Shown here: positions 1 through 13,422 of the stretch, one piece after another
Layout: every line of letters begins with the position of its first letter
Numbering within the stretch: the first letter of the stretch is position 1
Assembly: GCF_000143415.4 (NCBI RefSeq)
Contig: NW_003314313.1
Coordinates: 142,418 to 206,417, forward strand
Source: Selaginella moellendorffii
Lineage: Eukaryota > Plantae > Lycopodiophyta
Direction: 5' to 3'
DNA length: 64,000 nt
Program-made: the position numbers and the translations under genes
Notes under the pieces: generated by a model
Seen by the model: only the letters and a program-made list of their open reading frames with translations
Told to the model about the DNA's origin: nothing
Databases searched by the model: none

Positions 1-3000
1 ACTTTTCTAAAAAAGGTGACCCTTATGCCTTTCTTTTATAGCATTGTGCTTGGTGGCAGATTGCATCTTGCATTTCGTTAAACTTTATGAGAGTAGTGAC
101 CTCTCATTGATCTTGACTTAGTCTTGGTGACTTGTGCATTGGTTGAGGATGGTGATGTCTAACTTAGTTGTTTGAGGTTGAGATGTTGGTATCTGTATTA
201 TAGCTTTGTCTATGAGGAGGTTGTGTATTGATATGAGTCCATCTTATGGTCTTCACTTTAGTTTTGGCTAAATGTTGATCATACATAGCTAGCCTCTTCA
301 AAGCATGCTCAGAGCTAGTGGCTAAATGTATTAGTGAGCTTATTACGGTTGAGTTAGATTTGAGTGGTCATCTAGTTTGTGCTTGTCAATGAACTTTTAT
401 CTGGTACCTGGGGTATTATGTTCATGTTGGACAAGTATATAACTTGATGACAAGAGTTGGTGTTTGGGTCTTGTGAAGGCAAGTTGAGGAGTGATTGTTA
501 GTTGCTTTGCGATTAGTGATTACTTGTAGACTTCATCAAGGACCGTTAACATTTGCTTTGCTCGATGATGATTTAGCAGTGATGGGCTTGCTTTACTGGA
601 TTGGGTTGCGAAGGATCGTGTCGTTAGACATACATGGGTTTTCCATGTTGGCATGTCGATTCTACCTCTATCAATATCATTTGGTTGCATTTAGTCCGTA
701 GTGTTGGATTTCATTGAGTCGTGAATATAGTGAATCACTCCTTAATGATGTGTTATCTAAAACTGAGTATTGCTGAAGGATTAATCTCAGATATTAACTA
801 AGGTATCTTCAGCTTTGGTTAGCTTAGTTGCTAAAGAGTTTTGAGTGGTGATTCACTCTTGCTTTCTTTTAGCTTTGTTCTGGTATTGATAGCATTCAAG
901 TGATGTCTCGTCATTGACATTATTAATGTTGAGATTTAAATGGGATGAAATGTCTCTCCTTAGGATTGATATTGAGTTTCATTAGTCTCGATGTAAATAG
1001 TGTTAATGATTTGGCTTTAGATTTATGTTGTTAGCATTCATGCATTTGCTAGTAAATAACTGTGTTGACGTTCAAATGAACTGAGTGGCAAGTTGAGTTA
1101 GTTGTGTTCTAGACAAGATTGCTTAGTTGAGGTTGAGCTTTAGCTTTTCCTTGAAAAGTGATTTAGTTGTGGACTATACTAGCTTTACAAGAGGAAGGAT
1201 TAATTTTCAATATTAGAATATTTAAGTCTTTATTGAATTTGAGTTCGGGATATATCGATCGTTGATGATTCTTCTTGTGCTTGTTATAAAGTAAGTTACG
1301 TTTAATTATAGATGGATTCATGGAGCATCCATTGTGCTTAGCTTTTGGGTTGATACAGATATACTCTTCATTAGCTTTGGCATTATAAAGTTTCACTTAT
1401 GGATGTGTTGAAGAGAGTATTGTGGGTTATACTATGATTTCTTCTTTAGCATTGAAATTAGTTTATGCGAAACTTGTGATCATTGTTAGGCAAAACTTAG
1501 CTATAGGCTTCTTTGAGTTTTATGTTCATTGTTTTATTTGTTCGGAGTTGTTCGGGGACGGCATTTTAGCTTATAGCTTCACTGTTGAAGTTAATATTTG
1601 CATCTAGAAATCAATGGTGATGATTGATTGTCATCTAGGATAATTGATTATCCTTATCAAAAGTTTTGCTTGATTGTTGTTGATATAGAATGATTCACTG
1701 TTCTTTAAGATGGTGGATTCTTTCTTCAACAATCATTATGCATCTCTTTTTTGATGAGATGATTGATAGTCTTTCATGATAGTTAGTTATTCTCTTTGAT
1801 AACTTCTGGCTTTTCGCAATCCCATATGTTTTTTGTGGTTTGCTCTAGATTGGTCTTTTGGGTTTAAGACATCAGTAGGATGTTGCTGACACTTGCTTAA
1901 GCAACTTGAGTTCCTTTATATTGTTGGCCGGGATCTATTCAGATTAGCTAGTGCAATGGTTGGCATGAATGCTATATTTGTTGGTTTTGCAACATTTATT
2001 CTGTTTTGTTGATTATTGTTTGAGCTAGTTATGATAGATTGGGATGTTATTTCCTTTGGGTGATACATTCGTGAGCATTTTGCTTGCCAGTCAATGATAC
2101 TTTATGTTTTTTGAGTTATCTTTTGTAAGTTGTTTAGCATGCTATTTGCCATCTTTGGTAATTAAGTTTCATCATTGAGTTTCCTTAATGATACATTTTC
2201 TATTGAATTTTGTTAGATGGTGAATCCTACGTTTTCCAACTATAATGATCTTGGTGGTTCCTATACTCAAATACTGGTTTATCGGATGATAACTTACTTG
2301 GAATACTTTTGTGTTTTAATCTAAGATATATTCACTGATAATTAAGACTCTAAGATATCATTCTCTGACTTTGATATTATCCATTTATTGATCTTTGAAG
2401 TTTGGGCCAATATAGGCAAACTGACTTCGGCATTTCGTGTGCATGGTGAAATCTCTAGTCATGGGGTAGCTACTGTTGATTGGTCATATCACCCACCTCT
2501 CTATGAATGTTCCTTATTCCGTTAAAAGGGCGTGACCGTGTAAACAACTCTAACTATCTGTTGACAATAATTTATCTAAACCTTACCGACAGGTTTGGTT
2601 TCTTTGCTCAGGAGGGTTGGGGCCTTTGGCTTCTCTCTCTATGCCACCTGTGGGCAGGGGCGTATCACACTTTTATAAGCTGGGTGACTTCTAGAGCAGC
2701 AAGGGTGGCTAATTCCGTTGGTTATTTCCTTTTCAGTGACGGCTGGAAGGTGTCTGAGTTGGTAGCACATCCGTGTTAGACAAAGAGGTTACCCCTAACT
2801 CATTTAAGTTAGTGCATTTCTCACATAGTGTGAATACCGTGAACTTTTTCTAGAGTAGTTTCCTTGGCAGTATTCTAGACTCAAGTATGCATCAACGAGG
2901 ATGTCGATCTTCCTTAGGGGGGGAGAGTGTCGTGAATGTGACTTCGGGTATCGAAAGTTACCTGTCGACTAGTCCTTACGGACACTCTTTCCTTATTGCC

Positions 3001-3998
3001 ACGATGGTAGGAGGTCGATATTGCTAAACCCTTTATCAGCCCCTCTTGTTCAAGTGTTAGTAAACTGGACTTTGCATCTATACTTGGCCGGATGAACATA
3101 AGGACGGAATTCCTAAGTGTCTATTTAGCCAAGTATACTTGGTCTGGCTTTTTAGTTCTCTTTTGCTTTGTCTTGCACTAGCTTGACAAGAACCCTTGCA
3201 TATTGAGATTAGTCCCTCAATATCGCTGGATGATAGCTTACCGTGTTTGTTAAACACCCTCACTATCATGCTCTTTGTGTTAGTCTCATTTCAGTCCCAA
3301 ATGGTATTTATGGAAAGTGTCCAGATTTGCTCATTTAGCATATCTACAGAATGTAGAGATTGACCTGAACACAATGGTGTTCATCCTGTGTCCAAATTTG
3401 CAATCTAGTGCCATTCCATATTTAGTAAGTTTTGAGCTTGTCCTAGAAACTAACTCTTAATACTAAAGGAGGTTTGGGGTGAAAGCCCAAAGCGTGTGTT
3501 CCTCAAGGGGTGGGGGGGGATAGTGGGTAGGTCGGGCATGGCCAACCAACCTGAGGCATAGTTTAGTTCCCTCTTATATGTCTATCCTTGTTCTGCATTC
3601 AACTTGGATCTAAGCCCAAACTCCACACCATGCTAACTGGTGGAATACCCATATCCTCACGTTAGGCCACCGGTATGCTGAAATAGCACTAAACTCCGTT
3701 TGGCTCCGTTTTGCATGCTGGTCCTGGCATTGGGATGCTGGATACTCTAGGATCGCTCCTTAGGCTGTATGTTTGAGAGTTGCTCTGTGGTCCAGTTCCA
3801 TCACTCTTTGGCTCTATGCTTGGGAGTTTGGCACTGTTCTTTCGTTCAGTAGCCTAAGGCCTTGAACCTTAGGTTCCACACGACTGTCTTATGGACATGT
3901 GGCATATGACATGTGGCACATGGGTTCAGGTTCCACTCCGTGGTGTTATCCTATAGTAAATCACCATAGGATAAAGGGTAAAAACCACATGCGCTACA
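1..3998 (+). mobile_element. 3' part of a degenerate LTR retrotransposon (probably Ty3/Gypsy): decayed internal region, PPT and 3' LTR
   Basis: Polypurine tract AGGGGGGGAGAG (2916-2927) directly abuts TG at 2928. The upstream 2.9 kb is AT-rich with no intact ORF. Assigning 1-2915 to the same element is inference. Confidence 0.55.
2928..3998 (+). repeat. LTR (3' LTR), TG...CA termini
   Basis: Starts TGTC, ends CTACA; colinear with 6462-7601 over its whole length (e.g. ttcgggtatcgaaagttacctgtcg, ggccaaccaacctgaggcatagttt, aaaaacca). Confidence 0.85.
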
Positions 3999-4001
3999 GT
4001 C

Positions 4002-4150
4002 TTAGACTTGATCTTGTATCTTGGATTCGGTCTTGAACTTAGTCTCAGACTCGGTCTTGAACTCGGTTTCGGAATCGGTCTTGGACTCGATCTTGAACTC
4101 GGTCTCAAACTCAGTCTTAGAGTCGATCTCGGACTTGAGCTTGGACTCAA
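4002..4150. repeat. Degenerate 12-bp tandem repeat (consensus ~GTCTTGAACTCG)
   Basis: About 12 imperfect units are visible; they explain the low-complexity ORFs at 3926-4266. Confidence 0.75.
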
Positions 4151-6461
4151 TATCATCTGATGAACTCTTTATCATTTTGGTCATGCTTTCAAGAATCCTT
4201 CAACCTACAACACCTCGGGAGTTGGTTCCTTACAAACACTTAATCATATTTACCCTTGTCCATTAGGGTAAATTTTATATCATGCTTGGTTATGGCACTC
4301 TAGATCACAAGGCTCTTGAATTCTCAACAACTTTAGTATGTTAATCATGGAAAAATAGCTATACAGCAATTTGCCATGGTCATGAGCATAGTTGTCATAG
4401 TGCTTTAATGCCCTAGTGCTTTGCCACGGCCTTACAACTTCCCAACAATGCCCTCATAGTCATCATAACAATTATGGTGATATAAATTATCTCATTTGCA
4501 AGTTCAAGGACTTCTTTTACCAAGATAAGGTTTTTTGCAAATTTAGTATATATGTTTTGAGTATATCATTCTCTTCTTTGTTTTTTTATATGATAATCAA
4601 AAGTATTGTGTGCACCTAAACACTAGCATTATCATAGCATAAATCTAGCACAAAAATGGAGAGCATATGAATGCCAAACTTTTGGGTTGTTAGTTACAAT
4701 TTAAACAATTATGTTTCTTTGATTCTTTTCTCTGAAACAAAGAATTGCTATCTAGTCCTAAGCTGTTAATGGCAAGACCATGGCCAATACATCATTGGCA
4801 TTTGTGTGTACACACAAGCTACAAGTAGAAAATTGGACTATTACTTCAAAGTAAGAATTGTATCATTAGCTATGAGTCCTCTTCTTTCTTTCTTTTTCTC
4901 TAGTTGGTAAGGTTGAAAAATCTAGTTTTGTATACAGGCCAAGGAGTTTGATAGGGCCTTGTCAAAGTTTTAGGTGTGTCTCATCCTAGATTCGTGGATC
5001 AGGAATTTGTAGATAGATTTTTTTCTTTCATTTATTTTCTTGTAATGTGAGGTTAAGTGGATAAGTGGATAGAATGTGTTCACTTCAATTATTGAATTAT
5101 TTGACTTGGAGGCACATTATGTACTCTCAATCCCTTTTCTTTCTGAATTATTATTGTTTTTTTGTAATGAAGGCAATTAACATGTTTTATCTTCACAGAC
5201 GGCTACTTGTGTTTCCACCGACTAGAGTGAGCAATTATTTATAGTCTCCACAACATCAAGTTTGTGGCTTTACACATTTTACTCAAGCCTATTCTTCTAG
5301 AGCATTTTCATATTGAGGAATAGTAATTTTTATTATTGCAAATGAATAAAACTATTATTTTACATATACAGTTCTAATTTCTATTATATATAGCTTCTTA
5401 TATACTAATTTTACATATAGTTTTGCATAATATAGTTTGTATTTGACCCATCAAAATCCTTTTTAAGTTTAGTTTTATTATACAATTATATCAAAATTAC
5501 AAATCTTTGTAAGCTGAATAATAAGCTCCCTAAGAGGAGAGAGTGAATAATGGAGAAGAGCTTGAGAAAGAGAATTAGCGTTAGTTATAAAATTTCCTGA
5601 GCAATCAACAACTTTGAAATTATATATTTTAAGCTTCAAAACCTATTAAGCAATATAACGAACTAAATTCTTTTTCTTTAATAATAAAGTATGATCACCC
5701 CGTAATTAAAGCTTTTTAAAACCCTAAATTGCTGCTAAACACTCCTCTATATTATCTTTATAGTATTGTGTGATCTGGTACAAATCATTTATGTATGCAA
5801 AGTGAGCAAGTGATGAGATTCAAAATTAACAAATCCTACAATAGTGCCACCCATTCTCTTTTACATTAACACACTTAAAAAATTAATATTAGAAGCATTC
5901 ATATACAAATTGTGATATGCCACAATTAAAGGAGTTTTTAACACTTCTTTAAAATTTGTAAATACCCACTTAGACCAAACAAAAGATAGTATTGATAACT
6001 TAAGCAACAATCTCAATAGTGAAATATCAACAATTTCAACAATGTTTGCAATAATAAAATATGATCAAAAAGATGATTAATAAAAGAATTGAAATATTAC
6101 ACTTTACCAAGGAAATGTTTTAGATCATTAATATATCTTCAAGTAAGGAATTTTAGAACAACCACAAGTTTATTAAGATTAATATACAAGTCTTTAGAAG
6201 AAAATTGGTACCCAAGATAAATCATATCCTTAGACCCAAACACATTTTTAACCACTTTAGTTTTAAACCGAATTCTTATAGTTAATTTAACATCTTGTAA
6301 TGTATCATACATTTTTAAAACATTTTATTGAGAACTTTTGGAAAGTGTTTAAGAATCTTAATTTGTTCACTTGCTTTGGAAAGATGCCACACTTTCACTC
6401 TATCAAACTTTAATGCATCTATAACAAAAATTTAGGATCAATCTAAATGCTACTTTCTGGG

Positions 6462-7601
6462 TGTTACAAATGTGATTTCGGGTATCGAAAGTTACCTGTC
6501 GGCCAATCCTTATGGACACTCTTTCCTTACTGCCACAATGGCAGAAGGTCGGTACTATTGGTTCCCTTTATCAGCCCCTCTTGTTCAAGTGTTAGCTTAG
6601 TGGGCTTAGCATCTGTACTTTGCCAGATGGATATAAGATAGGAACTCCTATGTGTTTCTAGCTGAGCATACTTAACCTGGCTCTTAAGTCTCTTTTGCTC
6701 TGTTTTGCACTAGTTTGACAAAAACCCTCGCGTATTGAGACTAGTCTCTCAATAACGCTAAATGATAGTTTATTGTGTTTGCCAAACACTTTTGCTATCA
6801 TGCCTTTTATGTTAGTCTCATTTCAATCTCAAATGTTATTTATGGAAAGTGTTTAGATTTGCTCATTTGGCATATTTACGGAATGTAAAGATTGTCTTGA
6901 ACACAATGGTGTTTGTCCCATGTCTAAATTCACAATCTAGCACCATTCCATATTTAGTAAGTTTCAAGTTTATCCTAGATATTAACTCGAGATACTAAAG
7001 GAAGCTTAGGGTGAAAGCCAAAAACATGTGTTCCTCAAGGGGGGAGGGGGGCTGTGGGGTCTAAATGTATAATAAGGATAGTGGGTAGGTTAAGCATGGC
7101 CAACCAACCTGAGGCATAGTTTAACTTTTGCTTGCATGCCTGTCTTTGTTTTACATCTGACTTAGGTCTAAGCCCAAATTTCACACCATATTAGCTAGTG
7201 GAGTACCCATATCCTTGCATTAGACCACTGGTATATTGAAATAACACTAGACTCCGTTTGGCTCTATTTTGCGTGTTGGTTTTAGCATTGGGATACTAGA
7301 TGTTTTAAGACTATTCCAAGTCGCTCCATACTCCTATCCCTTTGTTCCTTAAACTATATGCTTAGGAGCCATTCTATACTCTAATGCTATCACTTCTTGG
7401 CTCCATGCTAAGAGTTTGGCACTATCCCTTTGTTTAGTGGCCTAAAGCATTAAAACTTGGGTTCCATACTATTGTCCTTTGGACATGTGGCATGTGGTAT
7501 GTGGCATATGATATATCACACATGGATGGTTTAGGTTCCGCTTTGTGGTTATCTTATAATAAATCACTATAGAATAAATAGTAAAAACCACGTGTGCTAC
7601 A
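6462..7601 (+). mobile_element. Solo LTR of the same family
   Basis: TGTT...CTACA termini flanked by ctggg (6457-6461) and ttggg (7602-7606), a 5-bp TSD with one mismatch; no PPT or PBS adjacent. Confidence 0.8.
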
Positions 7602-8201
7602 TTGGGTGTTAATTGTAGTAGAGCTAAAATACTAAGCAATTGCATTTTGTGAAATGTAATAATTTAAATATTTAATAAATAAAATTTTAGAATCTTTGAA
7701 TATATAATTGCTCAAAGCTTCAGATATACCTATATTTTCGATGCTTAAGCACATTCAATGCAAAGTAACTAATTGATTTTCTTAATACTGATTGAAAGGT
7801 GATGAAGCATATAGCAAGAGTGGAGAGGCACAACCAAACCCAATGTAAAAAAGTTTCTTTATAATGTAATTATATGAACTTACTACTATATTATCATGCT
7901 TTCAAACTTTATTATATTTGAAATATAAATGCAATAGCATACTTATATGGTAAATATATAATTTGACTCATGCTTTGGATAATAAAAAATTGGATTGTCT
8001 ACTACTGCAATTTTTTGGAGGAAAAAAATGTGCCAGTTTATGCTAATATATGTTACTTGCTTAATTCTTATCACCCATTGACATTAAACTATTAGAAATG
8101 GATAATATGTATTTGTTATGTGCATTATAGATAACCCAACAAACCAATTTAAAGTTTTAAAACATGTTTTTTGGGTTTTAGGGTTCTAGGATTTCCTTCC
8201 A

Positions 8202-9677
8202 ATGGAGTCTTTGCGACTGTCGATCGTCCAGCCCGATGATTGGCATCTTCACCTGCGAGACGGCAATGGTCTTGCATCTGTAGCGCCGCACAGGTAGAAT
8301 TCTTTCTCTCCTCGATTGGATTTGGTTTGATTGAGCGCTCTTTCCTTCTTTTCTTCGAGCAGTGCGAGTGTGTTCAAGCGCGCTATTGTAATGCCCAATT
8401 TGAAGCCTCCCATTACCACACTTTCTCAAGCGCTGGCTTACAGAGAACGAATCTTGAAAGCTCTTCCACCGGATTCCACTTTCACCCCCTTGATGACACT
8501 CTATCTCACCGATGACACTACCACCTCGGAGATCAAGCTTGCAAGTAAGTTCCTTCTTCCACATTCTAGTTGATTCTTAGAAGAGACCAAAAAAATTTGT
8601 AGAGAAGAGTGGAGCTGTTTTTGCCGTGAAGCTTTACCCCGCTGGCGCGACTACAAACTCGCAAGCTGGAGTGACGGATTTGTTTGGAAAATGTATGCCA
8701 GTCTTGGAAGAAATGGCGAGGAGTTCCTTGCCTCTACTGGTAACTGTGTTCGTTTTTGGTTCTTACTCTTTGATTTGCTAAGGCACGAACTCCAGCTTTT
8801 CTAGGTGCACGGAGAGGTGGTGGACACAAGCGTCGATATCTTTGATCGCGAGAAAGTTTTCATCGATACAATCCTCTCGCCGCTCGTCACCAAGCTTCCA
8901 GAGCTCAAGGTGGTCATGGAGCACATCACTACTCGCGATGCCGTGGAGTTTGTGGAGAGCGTTACTTCAGGTACGCGATTTCTTGTAGATTTTCTTTCAT
9001 TGTTTCTCTCAATCTCCCAGGAAATGTGGCTGCTACTGTTACTCCACAGCACTTGCTACTCAATCGCAACGCAATCTTTCAGGGCGGCTTGCAACCACAC
9101 TTTTATTGTCTCCCAGTTCTTAAGCGAGAACATCACAGTAAGTTGTTCTTTTGCTTTTATCTGTGTTGGATTTTCAATGAGTTTTCTACAAAAACAAAAA
9201 CCAGGACAAGCACTGATCAAGGCTGTTACGAGCGGGAGCAATAAATACTTCCTTGGTACTGACAGTGCTCCTCACGAGAAAAGAGCCAAAGAAGCGTCCT
9301 GTGGGTGTGCTGGAATTTACAGTGCTCCGGTTGCTCTACCTCTCTACGCCCAAGTTTTCGAAGAGGCAAGTCTCGATTCCTTTCTTTCTCTTGTTCCTAC
9401 CATTGTTCTTGAGTTGATATGTTTCCAGGCCGGAGCTCTTGACATGCTGGAAGCGTTTACGAGCCTAAACGGTCCAAACTTCTACGGCCTTCCCGCGAAC
9501 AAGGGAACTGTGACGCTGGTAAAGACGCCTTGGTGCGTGCCAACAGCGTATAGCTTTGAGTCGGGGACAGTGGTTCCAATCTTCGCTGGAAAAACAATCC
9601 AGTGGAGTGTCGAGAGCGTCATCAATGGTGAAGATAGTTGCGAGAAAAAGAACGAGCTGGAAAGCTTACGGGTTTGA
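8202..9677 (+). CDS. PYR4: Dihydroorotase (multi-exon)
   Basis: [21 protein letters not shown] (Zn-binding HxH), [48 protein letters not shown]. Short GT-AG introns and one GC-AG intron (~9367). Confidence 0.93.
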
Positions 9678-9689
9678 AATCGAGGTTGC

Positions 9690-10020
9690 TCAAGCTTTGA
9701 GTCAGTACAATCCTGTTTCCATGCTGGACGCTGATCTGAAAATGTTCTACTCGCTTTTCATTAAATGAGGCATACTAGCTGAGCTGAAAGATCGATCACA
9801 AGGACAGTTTATTTCTCTCTTTTGCAAAGTCTGTCACTTGTTCGATGACAGCATTTTTTTTTTCTTAGGTGCCATCGACAGCGACGAATTGCTGACAGCC
9901 TTCAATGTCCTGAGAATGCATGAATTCACTCGCAGCATGGCGACTTTGAAGTTTTTCTCTTTTTGTTTTTGGTTTTGTAGGTGGAGTATCCGTCTGTGCA
10001 GATCATGACCACAAAACTGG
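9690..10020. pseudogene. Scrambled remnant of the EF-hand gene (direct 3' end plus inverted internal fragment)
   Basis: ~9690-9741 matches 14840-14901 directly; ~9778-10020 matches the reverse complement of ~16000-16345 (gtgccatcgacagcgacga..., gtgcagatcatgaccacaaaactgg) with internal deletions. Confidence 0.85.
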
Positions 10021-12543
10021 TTAGCAACTTGTTCTTTTTCCATTTAGCTAATTGGCGTTTTTTATTTCATCTAACCTTGAAGTTCTCTATCAGATGATAA
10101 GTCTTTTTCACATAGGCTCTCGTAGTCTTTTTACATAGGCTCTCGCATACAAGGAGATTGATCTTCAGCATCCTCTTTCTTCAGCTTGTATTTGCAGCCA
10201 CCTAGTCAAAATTCACAGAGAATTTGAGCTCTGGTGCATCAATTCCTACAAACTCTTGCTCAGCGCCTCGTCGAGCTCCATTCCTCAAGAACCATAAGAA
10301 AGCCCTAATAATATCCGTCCACGTAGAATTCTACTCTTGGTTTCCCAACCAAGGGTTGTCCATTTCAAGTTCGGGCCAGCCTCGGTAGACATGGTTATGT
10401 GAAGACTTTGATGGATGCTTTGATAGGGTATGTGAAATTTGTAGAGAAGACTTGCATGCAATTCGTGTAAGCGCTGCCGGTGTTGCATGTTATTCGCAGC
10501 ACATTGACAAGATATCTAAGCTTCCCCAACATGATAGCCATACTTGTTAAGGCATTCTCTTCTAAGAGATTGAGAACAAACTTTGGACCACATTTTTTGG
10601 TGTTGGTTATACCTCCTCTCCACTTATAGAAGCATTAGGTATGCCTAACATCCAGCTCACAGCTCTCACTGAGATTGTGTTTTTAAATGTAGGAGACTTG
10701 TCTTTTACATGTTTTACCATGTTGTGTGCTGGGTGTGTCCTTTTGTATTCTGTCCTCTTCAATCTTCTGCCACACTTTATGCCTCATCATCTCCTTTTTT
10801 TATGTTGTACTTCATTCTCTCCATTGTCTTCTCCTTTCATATTGTTACACCTTAATACTTGCTGATTCTATGTTGCTGTCTTTGTCCTCTTTGCACAGCT
10901 TGCACCAGGCTTTCTCCCTTTTGAACCTTTAAAATACGAAAACATTATTGATTGGAATCAGAGACAAAGAAACATGCATGTTTATCTTGGCCATGAGTTC
11001 TGCTCTTGTGGACATTGGCACGTAGTCCACCCAATTTGGCCAGTCTAATTTGTTATAGAACACTTTGTAGAGCTGACTCTTAAGCTCATCAAACACGTTT
11101 GCTTCAAGGTTGAGATTTTCTTGCCATATTTCCTATTTTAACACACTGTTAACAAGCTACCAAAATCTTTTTACTAACTGGAAAACTCTCCTTCTCACAG
11201 AGATTCTTGCAATAGCAGCACGAATGATTTTATGCTTCTTGAGGACCAAGTGCAATAGACATTGATCCTTGCCTTTGTGGAATAGTTTATCAAAACTAAT
11301 AGAATCTAAGCACAACTTATGGAAAGATGGATCAGCCAATGCAAGCTTATAAAAGAAAATGAGCATTCCAAGTGCTAGTTCAATATGTTGAATAAGTTTA
11401 TCAACCCCCCTAAAAACATTAATTTTTTTTCATATACTAGATATTCAATTGAATATGGTCATGTTTGAGTACCATATTGGTTCGTTTATATTTTGGGTGG
11501 GCTATAACTAAATGCTTTGAATTACTCATTTTTCTTTTCTCTGTTTTAAATTTCTAATAGAGAGAAATGGGTATGAGCTCAACAATAATTACTTCTATGG
11601 GGTCATGGATTGTGTAAGAGAACTAGCCTAAAAGAGGTATAGTATTTGTAAAGTGTCTTTCATTTTAACATATTTTTCTTCAAATGTGGACTTTGAGAGT
11701 ATTCTTAACCAGAAGGAATGGGAACAGTCTCTGTATTTTAAAAAGCTACCTCAAGGTGGATTGGAGTCATGATGTTACAATAGCATGGTGCAAGGAAAAT
11801 TGAGAGGTGGGACGTTGAAAGAAAACGAGATTGACCTAAAAGAGAGGTAATGGTAAACAGCTGGGTAATTTTAATGTAATAATGATTGTCCTCAGTACAC
11901 AGATTCCAATACATCAAATTTATTATGCCAATATATATTTGCCAAATGAGCGTATAGCTGTGGTTTCACCACAACAAAGGAGGTTGTAAAATATTCATTA
12001 ATAAAATAATAAAATCATTAATTCAATAAGATTAAGAAAATCAAGTTGGAGGAACCACTTTTCAGGGGGAACTGAGAAACATGTATTGTCTTTGAACTTT
12101 ATTATCACCATGCATCACACTCTATAACAAGATAATGCCTCTTTTAAGAATTACAACTTGAATTTGACGTGAAAAATAAATCAATTATTTACTTTAGCAA
12201 ATATAGAAATATTCTTACCACTTTTTAATATACTAATTTTATTTTTATCACATATGGCTTCGATATTTACTCATGGGATTCGAAACTAAATAATTCTCAT
12301 ACAAATGCATGGCTCATTATTAATATCTAAACTAAGTTCCTCTATTAATTAGAGGTTTGACCAGATTAGTTTTCAGAGCTATAAAAGTAGGGCTTTTAAG
12401 ACTTTGTATTATACAATTTCATCTTACTTGTTTTTCTTGTCTTTGTTTTCATCTTTGTTTTTACTTTTTCATTGTCTTTTTCTTCTTCTGGACACAAGCT
12501 CTTGATAATATTTATATTTGACAAATTTCTCAATGTTATTAAA

Positions 12544-13422
12544 ATGGATAAAATTAGATTAATAAACACTATACTTATTATAGTTATATTGGTTTTACAA
12601 TTCAATAAAATTATTGCTCCAAAGAAACCTATAATTGGAAGAACAAACTATTTAAGTCCACATGATATTGGTAAAGTTATTACAGCGTTTTATGAATTAT
12701 TAAAAAAAATTAATAGAGATGAAAGTTATTCTACAACTTATGGAGATGAAGTTGAAGTTAGTACTTCAAAAGGAATTGTTTCAGTACTTATTCAATGTAA
12801 AGATAAATGTTCTGTAGAAAATACAGGTGCAACTATTATAGGTGATAAAATAGTAAGAGGTTTAACAAATTTATTAGCATTCACAATAGACACTATAAAC
12901 TTATATTCTTCAGATTCTTTTCTAAAAGATGGTACTAAATATATATTAAAATATAATCTAAAAACAGATGATTCTAATTCTTTATCAACATTTTTAAGTA
13001 TGAAGAGTCTTGATGATAAATCAGTATTTTGTGATATAAGATCTAGTATTTTATATTATGATTCATTTATTTATAGTGATAGTTTTCTAGTTTCACCTAA
13101 TGGTAGGAATATATTATTTTTAAAAATGAACTGTATTCTTATACTTTATTCAAACGGTAGGATAATTTGGGATAAATCATATTCCTTTATGAATTTGTTT
13201 AACTGTATTTTAAAATTGCAAAATAATGGGAATTTAGTTTTAAAATATAATGAGAAGGTATTATGGTCTTCAAATAAGTATTGCAATAATAAATTTGAAT
13301 GTTTTTTACCAACATATTTTACAGTTCAAAATGATTGTAATTTAGTAATTTATGAAGCAAAATTTCCAAACAAAGTTTTATGGGCATCTAATACAAATGA
13401 TCATATATTATGTAATGTATAA
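12544..13422 (+). CDS. Intronless, very AT-rich secreted protein with a C-terminal bulb-type (GNA/B-) lectin domain
   Basis: Signal-like MDKIRLINTILIIVILVLQFNKIIA. The C-terminus has LVSPNG, LKLQNNGNLVLK..VLWSSN and FTVQNDCNLVIY..VLWASNT (QxDxNxVxY motif). The N-terminal ~150 aa were not recognised. Confidence 0.75.
   Translation: MDKIRLINTILIIVILVLQFNKIIAPKKPIIGRTNYLSPHDIGKVITAFYELLKKINRDESYSTTYGDEVEVSTSKGIVSVLIQCKDKCSVENTGATIIGDKIVRGLTNLLAFTIDTINLYSSDSFLKDGTKYILKYNLKTDDSNSLSTFLSMKSLDDKSVFCDIRSSILYYDSFIYSDSFLVSPNGRNILFLKMNCILILYSNGRIIWDKSYSFMNLFNCILKLQNNGNLVLKYNEKVLWSSNKYCNNKFECFLPTYFTVQNDCNLVIYEAKFPNKVLWASNTNDHILCNV

Noticed and set aside
1-2500. Possible minus-strand pol motifs (e.g. ~1900-1950 reads E*IPANNIKELK, reminiscent of the RT WP.P.N.KEL motif)
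   Set aside because: Too degenerate to support by eye and conflicts with the plus-strand PPT/LTR orientation; needs tBLASTn.
3926-4266. Ser/Glu/Lys-rich ORFs
   Set aside because: By-products of the 12-bp tandem repeat.
5500-5600. gaggagagagtgaataa resembles a Copia LTR motif
   Set aside because: Single short degenerate motif with no second LTR or termini.
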